Numbered from the stretch's first letter, positions 38,976 to 49,426 are shown. The stretch is DNA of 64,000 nucleotides from an uncultured virus (IMG/VR IMGVR_UViG_3300027793_002658) (IMGVR_UViG_3300027793_002658); one strand, 5' to 3'. Numbers and translations: made by a program. Notes: generated by a model not told the origin, from the sequence alone.

Positions 38976-39901
38976 TCAGTCCAATAAAGTGATTTTTTTA
39001 TCGATGCTAATTCTTCTAGTTTAATAGGATAAATATATTCTTCGGATGGATATACTTTTCCCTTTACCTCGTTATAGTAATTTTTCAAGGCAATTTGCAT
39101 TAGTCGCAATACACCATCATTGCGTGTATCGATTCCATATTTCTTGACATTTTGTTGAGTTGCTAATTCTGTTTGTAAAGTATTTAATGCTTCTGGTATA
39201 TAGCATTTTGCAAACCATGGTCTAAAATTTGGATAGAATCCGGCCAAATCATGCATAATAATTAATTGACCATCTACATTTTTACCAGCACCAATTCCCA
39301 TAACTGGAATTTTTAACTTTTTAGCAATTTGTTGTGCAACTGCATCTGGAACAGCTTCTAATAATAACATAGAACATCCAGCTTTTTCAATTTCTATACT
39401 ATCTTCCATCATTTCTTCAAAGCTTTCCACTGTTTTTCCTTGAACTCGGTATCCTCCAAACGACACTGTACTTTGAGGAGTTAATCCTAAATGTCCGATA
39501 ACAAGAATTCCTGCATCAACAATTGCTTTAATTTTATCAGCAACACGTTTTCCGCCTTCCAATTTGATTGCATCACATGTGGCTTCTTTTGCAAATCGGA
39601 TCGCATTTTTTACAGCTTCTTCTTTTGAAATTTCATATGCTCCCTGTGGCATGTCTCCGACAATAAATGTATTTGGAGCACCGCGACGAACTGCTTTAGC
39701 AAAACTAATCATTTCATCCATAGTTACTGGATTAGTTGTTTGATAACCCAATTCTACCATTCCACCAGAGTCTCCAACCAATATCATTTCGATACCAGCA
39801 TTTTCAACTGCATTTGCAAATGGATAGCTATAGGCAGTAACCCATGTAATAGGTTCACCTGCTTGTTTCATTTTGTTAAAATTAATAATTGATTTTTTCA
39901 T
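38972..39901 (-). CDS. panB: Ketopantoate hydroxymethyltransferase-like protein
   Basis: VTAYSY, ILVGDSGGM, VGDMP, KLEGG, GHLGLTPQS, LEAVP and GIGAG..DGQ. Confidence 0.92.
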   Translation of the reverse strand: MKKSIINFNKMKQAGEPITWVTAYSYPFANAVENAGIEMILVGDSGGMVELGYQTTNPVTMDEMISFAKAVRRGAPNTFIVGDMPQGAYEISKEEAVKNAIRFAKEATCDAIKLEGGKRVADKIKAIVDAGILVIGHLGLTPQSTVSFGGYRVQGKTVESFEEMMEDSIEIEKAGCSMLLLEAVPDAVAQQIAKKLKIPVMGIGAGKNVDGQLIIMHDLAGFYPNFRPWFAKCYIPEALNTLQTELATQQNVKKYGIDTRNDGVLRLMQIALKNYYNEVKGKVYPSEEYIYPIKLEELASIKKSLYWTE

Positions 39902-40653
39902 AAATATTTTTCAGCTTTTAGTTCTTCATCTGACAAAAACGGATACATATCGTCCAATCCACATTGTATTGATTGTCCTGTATTTTTATCTTTCTTAAGC
40001 ATTAATGTAGGCACAATTTCTTGCTCTTCTTTACATATTACCTCGCATATAATGCCTGTTTTTTTATTTAAGATATTTTTTAAATTTTTTTTCAATTCTT
40101 GATTTGAAGTAATTTTACTATACTCCATTTCATATGTTTCTGCAACATTTTTTAATTCAGGAAACCATAATCCGTGATTGCTATCAGTACCATATACACG
40201 CCCTTCATAAAACTTTTTCTGTGTGTTTTTGATGCTTAAATAACCGCTATTATTCCAGACAAATATTTTGATCGGCAAATTTAAATATTTAATTGTGGCT
40301 AATTCTTGTATATTGGTATTGAAACTTCCATCTCCAGTAATCACTACAACGTTTTTTGTAGGATCTGCTAACTTTACTCCGATAGATGCTGGTAATGCAA
40401 ATCCCATATCTGCCTGTGCGCCAGATAATACAAATATCTGATTATCAATCATTTTTAAATTTTGACTAGGCACATAAATTGCACTTCCCGCATCGGACAC
40501 AATTGTATCAGACGCCGACATGACATCATTTAATGTTTCAATAAAGGTATACAAATTTATACCATTTGTATCGTCTTTATAAGATTCTTCGTAAATAGGC
40601 CATTTATTTTTCCAATATTTACATTTTTCTATCCATTTTTCTTTATTTGTCAT
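39898..40653 (-). CDS. ThDP-dependent enzyme, C-terminal (PP) subunit; acetolactate synthase/YerE-like
   Basis: SDAGS, MGFALPASIG, ThDP motif GDGSF..NN and DDMYPFLS. Confidence 0.88.
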   Translation of the reverse strand: MTNKEKWIEKCKYWKNKWPIYEESYKDDTNGINLYTFIETLNDVMSASDTIVSDAGSAIYVPSQNLKMIDNQIFVLSGAQADMGFALPASIGVKLADPTKNVVVITGDGSFNTNIQELATIKYLNLPIKIFVWNNSGYLSIKNTQKKFYEGRVYGTDSNHGLWFPELKNVAETYEMEYSKITSNQELKKNLKNILNKKTGIICEVICKEEQEIVPTLMLKKDKNTGQSIQCGLDDMYPFLSDEELKAEKYL

Positions 40654-41659
40654 AGTTTAAAAAATAATTTAAATCGGCATTAATATACTTATCAATTTTT
40701 ATTGTGTTCTTTCTGTGTTCGTTATCATCAATATCGACCATGATTTTATATGAATGTGGGGAAAATAATTTTTCATCATATCCAGTGTGAGAGCAATTAA
40801 GAGAGCATCCTAAAATAAGCAATAAATTACAATTTTGTATTGCAAAATTACCTGCTCGGCTGCCTTTAATACCGATTGTTCCTAAATGTAATGGATGTCT
40901 ATGACCTAAAATATCAATTCCCAAATATGAAGTAACTGTAGGAATTTGATGCTTTTCTACGAAACGTTTAAATAATTGTTTAGAATTGCTTAATGTTATA
41001 CCATATCCTGCTAAAATAAGTGGACGATCATACGATTCAATTATTGGAAGTAAATTTTTTATGGTAATTGACGAGTTGTTCAATGTTGACTCTGGTATAA
41101 ATGATTTGCATTGTGTTATGTCAATTTCCGCGTGTTGAATATCGCTCGGTATATCTAACCACACTGGTCCCATACGTCCCGATAAAGCGATATGAATAGC
41201 TTTATCTAATTCGTATGGAACATCAGTTGCATTTTCAACCATTATTGCATATTTTGTCAATGACTTGACTGTATCAATGATATTATGTTCTTGAATTCCA
41301 TATTTTCTAATAGATACGTTTTTTTCTCTGTTAATAAATAAACTAGTTTGTGTTTTTTTAACATTTCCAGATAAAAATAAAACGGGTAAGCTATCTTGCC
41401 ATGCATCCAACAATGATGTAATACAATTGGTTCCACCACATCCGGTTGTAGGATTAACTACTGATAATTTGTTTGTTACTTTACTCTCACCAACGGCAGC
41501 ATGTCCTGCTCCTTGTTCATTATGAAAACAAATATAACTTATTTGTTTTTCTTTAATAAATCCGTCATTAAGCCCTGCTGCTCCACCACCCATTAATCCA
41601 TATACGTATTTAATTCCAATTTTTGCCAAACGTTGTGCTATATAGTCTGATACTCTCAT
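40643..41659 (-). CDS. ThDP-dependent enzyme, N-terminal (PYR plus middle) subunit; acetolactate synthase/YerE-like
   Basis: MRVSDYIA, HNEQGAG, TTGCGGTN, GPVWLDIP and RAGNFAIQN. Confidence 0.88.
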   Translation of the reverse strand: MRVSDYIAQRLAKIGIKYVYGLMGGGAAGLNDGFIKEKQISYICFHNEQGAGHAAVGESKVTNKLSVVNPTTGCGGTNCITSLLDAWQDSLPVLFLSGNVKKTQTSLFINREKNVSIRKYGIQEHNIIDTVKSLTKYAIMVENATDVPYELDKAIHIALSGRMGPVWLDIPSDIQHAEIDITQCKSFIPESTLNNSSITIKNLLPIIESYDRPLILAGYGITLSNSKQLFKRFVEKHQIPTVTSYLGIDILGHRHPLHLGTIGIKGSRAGNFAIQNCNLLLILGCSLNCSHTGYDEKLFSPHSYKIMVDIDDNEHRKNTIKIDKYINADLNYFLNYDK

Positions 41660-41668
41660 AAATTATAA

Positions 41669-42628
41669 TTACCAAATAAAATTATTTCTATAATAAGATA
41701 CAATATCTTTTATTTCTACATCAAAATTACATTTTGGTGTCCATCCTAAATTACGTAATTTAAAATCATTTAACGCGTATCTTACATCCTGACCTGCGCG
41801 ATGAAAACAAAAATCGATGTATTCCTCTTTATAATTAGGTTGAAATTCTTGAAAATACGCAGTTATAATTTTTTCAACCGTTATTATATTAGATTGTTCA
41901 AATCCACCAGCAATATTATAAATTTCATTTTTTACACCAGCGTCTATGATTGTAATAATACCGTCTGCTGTATCTTTTGCATGTAACCAATTACGAATTG
42001 GTGTTCCATTATTATGCAAAGGAATTTTTCTATTAAGCTTTAAAAACTTACATGTCTTCGGAATCAATTTTTCAACATATTGACCGATACCATAATTATT
42101 CGTAGGTCTTACAATAACATATGGAATTCCATATGTTCGTGCCCATGCTATTATTAATTGGTCAGCCGCTGCTTTTGTAGCACTATATGGATTGCTCGGT
42201 TTTAAAATATCTGTTTCAATATGTTCTCCATCAACAATATCTCCATATACTTCATCTGTGCTGAATTGAATTAATGTAGGAGTAATATGACCAGTACTTT
42301 TATAGTGCTTTAACAATTCGAGAATATTATATACTCCATCAATATTTGAATGAATGAAATCGTCGCTTTTACGTATTGAATTATCAACGTGCGTTTCTGC
42401 GGCAACATTAATAAAATAATCACAGTCAATTAGACGATCTATATTACAGATATCTTGTTTTTCAAAATGAAAACGGTCTGTTGATTCGAATTCTTTAATT
42501 AAATTTGGATCAGCTGCATATGTAATTTTATCAATTCCTTTTACATACCATCCTTTATTTAAACATGCACGGGTTACATATGAACCGATAAATCCTAAAC
42601 ATCCTGTTATATAAACTATTTTAGACAT
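41669..42628 (-). CDS. rfbB: NDP-glucose 4,6-dehydratase (RmlB/RfbB-like)
   Basis: TGCLGFIG, AAETHVDNSI, STDEVYG, PYSATKA and EKLIP. Confidence 0.9.
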   Translation of the reverse strand: MSKIVYITGCLGFIGSYVTRACLNKGWYVKGIDKITYAADPNLIKEFESTDRFHFEKQDICNIDRLIDCDYFINVAAETHVDNSIRKSDDFIHSNIDGVYNILELLKHYKSTGHITPTLIQFSTDEVYGDIVDGEHIETDILKPSNPYSATKAAADQLIIAWARTYGIPYVIVRPTNNYGIGQYVEKLIPKTCKFLKLNRKIPLHNNGTPIRNWLHAKDTADGIITIIDAGVKNEIYNIAGGFEQSNIITVEKIITAYFQEFQPNYKEEYIDFCFHRAGQDVRYALNDFKLRNLGWTPKCNFDVEIKDIVSYYRNNFIW

Positions 42629-42629
42629 A

Positions 42630-43940
42630 TTATATTGTTTTAAAAAATTTTTCAATAATCGTTTGAATATACATAATTTGTTCAGACGATATTACTGGAC
42701 TTGTTCCTAAAAAGAAACTATCCGTCGTGACTTTTCTAGCATTAGGATATTTGTTAATAACATCCTGTTTATCCATAATTCCAGAATAAGCTGGTTGTAG
42801 CATAATATTACCCGCAAAATATGGGCGGGTTTGAATTTTGTTATCTTCCAAATAATTAATAATATCTTTTCTTTTAAAATTATTATTGTTTTTAATTGTC
42901 AATGGAAATGCAAACCAACTAGGATCTGCATGTTCTGTTGCTTTTGGTAGAATGAAAAACTCTTCGTATGGTTTGAATATATCAAACAATTGTTTAAAGT
43001 TTGATTTACGTCTAGCATGTATTTCCGGCAGCTTTTTAATTTGTTCTAAACCAATTGATGCTTGTAATTCAATTGGCTTTAAATTATATCCAATTTCGTC
43101 ATACACATATTTGTGATCAAATATTTCATCTGGTAATTCTGGTAGCCAATTACTAAATCGATTTCCACAGCTTCCGTTTTTTAGTTTATTTGCTTTTAAG
43201 CCCACACAATAACATCCGCGACCCCATTCACGAAAACTACGTGTAACTATTTCTTGTATTTTTGTATTACATGCTACAAATCCACCTTCACCCATCGTCA
43301 TGTGATGCGCTGGATAAAAACTACAACTAGCTAACTCACCGAAACTGCCAAGTGGCTTGTTATTATATGTTGATCCAAGTGCATCGCAACAATCCTCTAA
43401 CAAAATTAAATTATATTGTTTTATGATTTCCATCAATCGATTCATGTTCGGCGGATTACCTAAAACGTGTGCAAATGTTATAACTTTTGCGCCTTTTTTT
43501 GCTTGTTCTTCTACTTGATCAAGATTTAAATTTAATGTGTCCAAGTCAATATCAACAAATAAAGGTTCGAATCCAACTTGAAAAATTGGATTTAATGTTG
43601 TAGGAAACCCAGCAATTGGGGTAATTACTTTTGTTCCTTTTGGTAAATTGTATAATCTTTTTGATGTCATTGCTAACATCATCAATAAATTAGAACTACT
43701 TCCACTATTTGTTAATATTCCATATTCTTTACCTACTAATAATGGAAATTTATTTTCAAATGTGATTGCATCTTGCCCTAATACTAACCATTCATTCAAC
43801 AATGAATTAATTGCAGCAATATATTCTTTCTCGTCGAAAAATGGTCCTGCATATTGCACCCAATCTTTACCAGCTTCCCATTTTTTAGATGCGTGTTTTT
43901 CATTAATATATTCTTTAATTTTATTTAAAATTTCTATCAT
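42630..43940 (-). CDS. rfbH: CDP-4-keto-6-deoxyglucose 3-dehydratase (E1, RfbH/DdhC)
   Basis: NSGSSSNL, EDCCDALG, SFYPAHHMTMGEGG (His at the usual Lys position), WGRGCYC..CGNRF and DHKY. Confidence 0.9.
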   Translation of the reverse strand: MIEILNKIKEYINEKHASKKWEAGKDWVQYAGPFFDEKEYIAAINSLLNEWLVLGQDAITFENKFPLLVGKEYGILTNSGSSSNLLMMLAMTSKRLYNLPKGTKVITPIAGFPTTLNPIFQVGFEPLFVDIDLDTLNLNLDQVEEQAKKGAKVITFAHVLGNPPNMNRLMEIIKQYNLILLEDCCDALGSTYNNKPLGSFGELASCSFYPAHHMTMGEGGFVACNTKIQEIVTRSFREWGRGCYCVGLKANKLKNGSCGNRFSNWLPELPDEIFDHKYVYDEIGYNLKPIELQASIGLEQIKKLPEIHARRKSNFKQLFDIFKPYEEFFILPKATEHADPSWFAFPLTIKNNNNFKRKDIINYLEDNKIQTRPYFAGNIMLQPAYSGIMDKQDVINKYPNARKVTTDSFFLGTSPVISSEQIMYIQTIIEKFFKTI

Positions 43941-43946
43941 TTCCAT

Positions 43947-43975
43947 AATATAATACGTTAGATTCAATATGTCAA
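43947..43975 (-). promoter_or_regulatory. Sigma70-like promoter for the rfbH-panB genes, probably leaderless
   Basis: Minus-strand TTGACA-17-TATATT with the ATG (43940) 6 nt downstream. Confidence 0.6.
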
Positions 43976-43984
43976 TCTATAAAT

Positions 43985-45028
43985 TTATATCGTATTTTTT
44001 ATATTTTCAATCATATATTCAATTTCATTTATTTTCCAAGGATAATTATTATCGTCTGTTTGTTTTTCACTTGATATAATCTCTCCGAAATCTTCAATTG
44101 TTACGAGATTTGATTTGCTTAATGAAGCAAATTCTTTACATTTTGGAGTAAGCCACCAATTCATTTTTGGATGTTCTATCAAATAATGTGTTGTATGCTT
44201 ACTTGAAAATAGAATACCGATCACGGATGCACTTGATTGTTGTACTATTGTTTTATATGATTTAAAAATTTGAATTTTTTGTGCCATATTAAAATCCATT
44301 AACTCAATAATATCATAATTGTTACGTTTAAAGCCATCGATAAGATCAAGTTCATTTATTAATATTCTATTATGATACCATCCACGTTTAATAGTATCCT
44401 GTCTTGAAATATACACAGATTTATTTAAATAATTTTCATTAATTGGAATATTATCTATAACCTTTCTCATCATTTTATAAATAATATTATATCCAAATGG
44501 TTGTGGAAAATTATAAAATGAATTTGGTACTATTAAATTTTTAAATTTATATCGTTTATCATGGTCGATAACATAAATATTAATATTTGGATAATACAAT
44601 TGCATCCACTCTTTTATAAAAGTTGCGCGGCCTGTATTATGATATAACTCAGCGGGAATGTATAATTTAATATTCGTCTGTTTTATCAATTCATCGTAAT
44701 AATGACATTTACCAAAAAAACAAAAGAAAAAATGAATATAATTTAGTCCAGCAGGATCTTGTAATAAAAACGACGGTTCATCAACTAACACGTCATAGGA
44801 TTCATTACTATTAACAATATTGTTGTCATATAGTAATCTATGATCACCAATCATTTGTGTATGTTTGTCGATGCCACCTATTACTTTCTTGTGATTATGA
44901 AATACTTCTAAATTACAGTCCTCACCTCTCGGGTGCAAAATATAAATATTCTTATATTCAATGCAAAACTCACGGTTTTTGTTTATAGTTGATTCGGGAA
45001 TATCGAAAAAAAGAATACGTGAACTCAT
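43985..45028 (-). CDS. Glycosyltransferase family 61 (DUF563)-like
   Basis: NYIHFF, VYISRQD, NRILINE and QKIQIF. Confidence 0.7.
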   Translation of the reverse strand: MSSRILFFDIPESTINKNREFCIEYKNIYILHPRGEDCNLEVFHNHKKVIGGIDKHTQMIGDHRLLYDNNIVNSNESYDVLVDEPSFLLQDPAGLNYIHFFFCFFGKCHYYDELIKQTNIKLYIPAELYHNTGRATFIKEWMQLYYPNINIYVIDHDKRYKFKNLIVPNSFYNFPQPFGYNIIYKMMRKVIDNIPINENYLNKSVYISRQDTIKRGWYHNRILINELDLIDGFKRNNYDIIELMDFNMAQKIQIFKSYKTIVQQSSASVIGILFSSKHTTHYLIEHPKMNWWLTPKCKEFASLSKSNLVTIEDFGEIISSEKQTDDNNYPWKINEIEYMIENIKNTI

Positions 45029-46887
45029 ATTAAATAATGTATTAAATTGTAATAATCTTCACACTTTGCATCATTATGCAGTGGTATTAATGTGAATAAT
45101 AAACTCGCCGTCAATGCTTTCAAATGCTTTAATTGTTCTGTTCCATGCAACTCTACAAAACACTTTTCAAAATAAGAAATTAATGGAGAACAATATGAAA
45201 AAGATATTGGTTTTGAATTTAAAATAAAATCATATCCAATTAGAGATTGATATATTTTTGCATAATCATAAAAAGAATCGCCGTAAATTGTATATGTATT
45301 TCCTAACTTTCCGCGCATATCTATAAATTGTAAACTATTATTTTTTACAAATATATTTGAAAATACACAATCTCCATGAATTAATGATAAATTACCTCCA
45401 TTCATTTTTTCATAATTAAAAAGTTTTTCTTTAAGAGAATTGAAAACAATGTTTGAATTTTTAAATTTAGTGTAATTATAATTATCAAATCTGGATATCA
45501 GTTTATTGTAATAATTATCATAAATATTGTTGTTAAACTGATCTGGAACAATTGAGTGTAGTTGCTTTAGTGATTTGAATAACAAATCGATATGAGTGGT
45601 TGTAAGCTCTTTGTGAGCATACATTGTAGAAAACAATGTTCCATCAATCTTTTCAATTTCTAATTCGTTTTCACCATTTGTTGAGATTAACTTTGGAAAT
45701 AGATGTGAAACTATATTTGGTATATTTTTGTAATAATAAATTTCACCACTCAACGATTTTGTTGATGTTTTAACAATGCTATTTTCTTTAACTTGAATTT
45801 GATTATAAGAACGAGGAGTAACTGAATTAATGTAAAATCCGGTAGATTTTTCAAGATTTGCACGGGCATTGATTGCTAAATCATCAATATAAAAATCTGC
45901 ATGCGGCTTTCCAAAACATAATTCATCGTACTGTATGTTATATTTTTCTAGTGTATTAAAAGTAATAATTCCCACGTCCTTTAAAATTTTAGACACATTT
46001 CCACTATAAGTTCTCATTCGCCGTGCCGTGTAAATTATAATATAATGACCTTGGTTTTTCAAATGATTAAGAAAGTCAATATTTTTTTGTATTGGCTCAA
46101 CCGTTGTATAATCATCTGTTTTTTGAGGATATGTAACTAATGTATTATCCAAATCAAAACAAAAGCGTAATTGTTTTTGTGTAGAATTTTGGCTGCAAAA
46201 ATCCATTACTTGTAATGGAGTGCCCAAACATACATAATTATTTTTTTCAATATATTTTCCGACAACATATTGTTTATCTTCAATCATCTTTTGATATACA
46301 TGTGAAATGTAAATTTCGTTCAATGTCTGATCACATTTCATTGCGTATGATTGAAATAATTTCGCATTTTTAAATACATAACAACCAATATTTGCGTTGT
46401 CTGAAATCTTTACTTTTTCTTTGATATCAATAATTTGATTTTCGTTTAGTTTAATATAACTGAATAGTGGAGTTGGTGTCTTATCGATTGTATAATAAAT
46501 TTCATTATTTGAAGAATCTCTATCAAATTTGTTGTTTTTGATAAATGAATCTCCATCATGAATAATTATTTTTTCATCCAAAATATGGTCGGGTAGTTTA
46601 GACAATCCGTACAAAATTGTTTCCACAGGTCCAGAAGTTTGATACGGCAACTTGATGAAATTAAACTTTATATTTTTATATTCTTTTTGAAGAATGTCTT
46701 GAAAGTTATAATGATCTAAAATATAATTATATATAATAGTAACACAATCATCAGTTGAAATATTTAACGAATCAATGACCCATGTAATGATTGGCTTTCC
46801 CAAGACATTTGTTAATATTTTTGGAAAATGGTAGTCTTCAGATTTGAATCTTTCTCCTTTTCCACCTAACGGTATAACAATATTCAT
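45025..46887 (-). CDS. Tri-domain NTP-transferase + HAD phosphatase + APH/choline-kinase-like protein
   Basis: IPLGGKGERF..PK; FDLDNTL, YTARR and GKPHADFYIDD; IHGDCVFSNI, IDMRG and YDYAK. Confidence 0.8.
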   Translation of the reverse strand: MNIVIPLGGKGERFKSEDYHFPKILTNVLGKPIITWVIDSLNISTDDCVTIIYNYILDHYNFQDILQKEYKNIKFNFIKLPYQTSGPVETILYGLSKLPDHILDEKIIIHDGDSFIKNNKFDRDSSNNEIYYTIDKTPTPLFSYIKLNENQIIDIKEKVKISDNANIGCYVFKNAKLFQSYAMKCDQTLNEIYISHVYQKMIEDKQYVVGKYIEKNNYVCLGTPLQVMDFCSQNSTQKQLRFCFDLDNTLVTYPQKTDDYTTVEPIQKNIDFLNHLKNQGHYIIIYTARRMRTYSGNVSKILKDVGIITFNTLEKYNIQYDELCFGKPHADFYIDDLAINARANLEKSTGFYINSVTPRSYNQIQVKENSIVKTSTKSLSGEIYYYKNIPNIVSHLFPKLISTNGENELEIEKIDGTLFSTMYAHKELTTTHIDLLFKSLKQLHSIVPDQFNNNIYDNYYNKLISRFDNYNYTKFKNSNIVFNSLKEKLFNYEKMNGGNLSLIHGDCVFSNIFVKNNSLQFIDMRGKLGNTYTIYGDSFYDYAKIYQSLIGYDFILNSKPISFSYCSPLISYFEKCFVELHGTEQLKHLKALTASLLFTLIPLHNDAKCEDYYNLIHYLI

Positions 46888-46888
46888 A

Positions 46889-47563
46889 TTATAATTTAAA
46901 TCCAAAATTTTCTTCTTGTGAAAAAATTGCATTATATTTCAAATTGGTCGCAATTTGTTTTTCAATAGTTTTATTGTGATGTAATGCAAATTCGTATTCA
47001 TATGGCAAGTGGCTATATGTTTTTGCACCTTCAATTTTTTCATGCAATCTACGCTCCCATTTCATATATGAAACATTTTTAAAAAGACGCCCTTGCGGAT
47101 CTGGCCAATTAACAATCAATCTGTTTTCAAATGGAGTTAATCTCCAACCCCATTGTTTTGCATTATCTGGATTTACACCTATAAAATCATTAATACGAGG
47201 AATCCAATATAAATCTATATCAGGATTTGTGTCTAATATAAGTTTGATGTTTTCCAATAAAAATATAGATGGTAATTCATCAGCATCAATTTGGAATATG
47301 TATTTTCCTTTACACAATGATTTACCATAATTTTTATGTTCGCTATAGTTTTTATTTAGCGCATGTTTATGTAACTGAAAAAAGCCGCCACCTGTATTTA
47401 CTGCGTCTTGCAATATTTGAACAGTGGCGGCATCATCACTATAATCATCAAGTATTATACATTCGCCGTCGTCTTTGTATTTAAAAAGACGTTCCAATAA
47501 AGGTTTTATTTGCATACCTTCATTCTTGCATGTTACTAAATATGATACAAATGGTAATGACAT
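46889..47563 (-). CDS. Glycosyltransferase family 2
   Basis: VTCKNE, DDYSDD, FQIDADE, PDPQGRL and LHE. Confidence 0.85.
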   Translation of the reverse strand: MSLPFVSYLVTCKNEGMQIKPLLERLFKYKDDGECIILDDYSDDAATVQILQDAVNTGGGFFQLHKHALNKNYSEHKNYGKSLCKGKYIFQIDADELPSIFLLENIKLILDTNPDIDLYWIPRINDFIGVNPDNAKQWGWRLTPFENRLIVNWPDPQGRLFKNVSYMKWERRLHEKIEGAKTYSHLPYEYEFALHHNKTIEKQIATNLKYNAIFSQEENFGFKL

Positions 47564-47564
47564 A

Positions 47565-48119
47565 TTATGTATTAGTATATACCCAACAATATTCTTGACT
47601 ATGTAGTTTGCTTCGGTTTTCGTAAAAAAACTCATTTACCGCCTGTTCTACCCCATAATGGCCATCATAATAATCGTGTCCGGCAATAATTCCATTTTTC
47701 TTTAGTTTTGGGAACCAAGCATGTAAATCTTCTTTAACACACTCGTAATCATGACATGCATCGATAAAAATGAAATCAAGACTTTCATTTTGAAACAGTT
47801 TAGATGCATTCACAGAATAATCTTTAATAATGTTAAGATTGTCTTTTAATTTCTCTTTAATTGGTTCGATATTTTTACAAAACAGATCGTATGACGGATA
47901 CCCATTTGGATTATTAAGATCCACATCCGTCCATGTATCAATAAGATTTAGTTTAATATTTTTGTTTCGATTAATAATTTCCACACCAATAAAGCATGCG
48001 CTTTGCCCACAATCACATCCAATTTCTACAAATTCCGCATTATCAAATCGTGTTACCATTTCAAAATATAATGCAGGAAACGTAAATGCACCTCTTACAT
48101 TTTTATAATAATGTTCCAT
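47565..48119 (-). CDS. Class I SAM methyltransferase (Methyltransf_24-like)
   Basis: VEIG, IDTW, FIFIDACHDYE and IAGHDY. Confidence 0.85.
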   Translation of the reverse strand: MEHYYKNVRGAFTFPALYFEMVTRFDNAEFVEIGCDCGQSACFIGVEIINRNKNIKLNLIDTWTDVDLNNPNGYPSYDLFCKNIEPIKEKLKDNLNIIKDYSVNASKLFQNESLDFIFIDACHDYECVKEDLHAWFPKLKKNGIIAGHDYYDGHYGVEQAVNEFFYENRSKLHSQEYCWVYTNT

Positions 48120-48124
48120 AGTAT

Positions 48125-49426
48125 TTATTTATTCAATTTAGGTAATTTAAGTTTTGGTAATACAATTTTCTTTTCAATTGCAAATTCTGGAACATATTTG
48201 TCTAAATATGCATGTAAAATTTTATCAGTTGCTTCCATACTAAATCTTTCCATATTTTCAATGCGTAGCTTTTCCGCATTCTCTTTGATAGATGGCGCCG
48301 GACTGTAAAATATTGTCTTGAATCGTTCTTCAGCAAGACCGTAAGCAACAGAGAACCAACTACTTTCTTTAATAAGCCATTGATTAGAAGATGCTGGATC
48401 AACCTGCTTTATGGTTCCTTGCAATAACTGTGCATACTTCGGGTTCAAGAAATCAAGATGACCACTCCAATTACTTGCCAATATTGGTTTGCCGCTCAAA
48501 CTTGCAAGTAATAATGGATGTCCATATCCTTCACCGTGTGTAAAACTAACATGTGCTTTAACTTTTTCATGATTAAACAATGCATTCATTTCTACATCAT
48601 TAAGTTCACCATGCAAAAGATATACATTTGGTAAATCACCACCAACTTCTTTTTTAATAGCGGCAATACGTGCCAAACATGCATCTCTATCAGCGATAGA
48701 AAAATTAACACCGCTTGTTTTTAAGATCAAACAAGGACGTTCACCTTTTCTGTCTTTGAAAGTATTACAGAAGGACTTGATTAAATTACCAATGTCTTTA
48801 CGATCATTATATAATCCATTTGAGCTTGTCCATTGACCAACAAACAAAAATGCAAAAGTTTCAGGAATATTGCTTAATGCGGCTTCTACGGTTGCAACTT
48901 TTTCATCTGTTTTCTTAAATACTTTGATGTCTGCACCCCAAGGGGTAACTTCCATAGGCTTATTTACTACTAATGGTTCATTACGACCATCTGGCAAAGT
49001 CTTGACAAAGTTTGCTTTTTGAAATACTTCTTTTGAAAATGTACTAGTTACAAAGTTAACATTCATTTTATTTAATCCTTCAATCCACTCACCCGGTGGG
49101 ATCGTTGTTTCAATACCGGCAGTCATACCAATATTGTATTTAGCAGGAGTTTGAAATTCATTTGGAATTGTCATTTGAATGAATACTTCTGGTTGTTTTT
49201 GTAAAGGGGATCGTAAAATACGATTTCCTAATTCTATTGCTTCATGATCATTCGGATCAATATCCGCAACGTTTAGTTTACGCGGAGTTCCACCCCATGG
49301 AGTCGGCACAACAAGTAGATCAAATTTGTTATATCTTAACAAACTTTTACCAACTGCCATTGCCCATTCACCGTAACCACTGCGAGTAAAAATAGGACTT
49401 TGAAATACACAAACTGGTTTGCTCAT
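48125..49426 (-). CDS. Glycosyltransferase, GT4
   Basis: TRSGYG, FLFVGQW, DRKDI, THGEGYGHPLL and WSGHLDF. Confidence 0.85.
   Translation of the reverse strand: MSKPVCVFQSPIFTRSGYGEWAMAVGKSLLRYNKFDLLVVPTPWGGTPRKLNVADIDPNDHEAIELGNRILRSPLQKQPEVFIQMTIPNEFQTPAKYNIGMTAGIETTIPPGEWIEGLNKMNVNFVTSTFSKEVFQKANFVKTLPDGRNEPLVVNKPMEVTPWGADIKVFKKTDEKVATVEAALSNIPETFAFLFVGQWTSSNGLYNDRKDIGNLIKSFCNTFKDRKGERPCLILKTSGVNFSIADRDACLARIAAIKKEVGGDLPNVYLLHGELNDVEMNALFNHEKVKAHVSFTHGEGYGHPLLLASLSGKPILASNWSGHLDFLNPKYAQLLQGTIKQVDPASSNQWLIKESSWFSVAYGLAEERFKTIFYSPAPSIKENAEKLRIENMERFSMEATDKILHAYLDKYVPEFAIEKKIVLPKLKLPKLNK

Noticed and set aside
40655..40664. TTTAAAC -1 slippery site joining the two ThDP enzyme halves
   Set aside because: The -1 frame hits TGA immediately; the downstream ORF is in the +1 frame with its own ATG.
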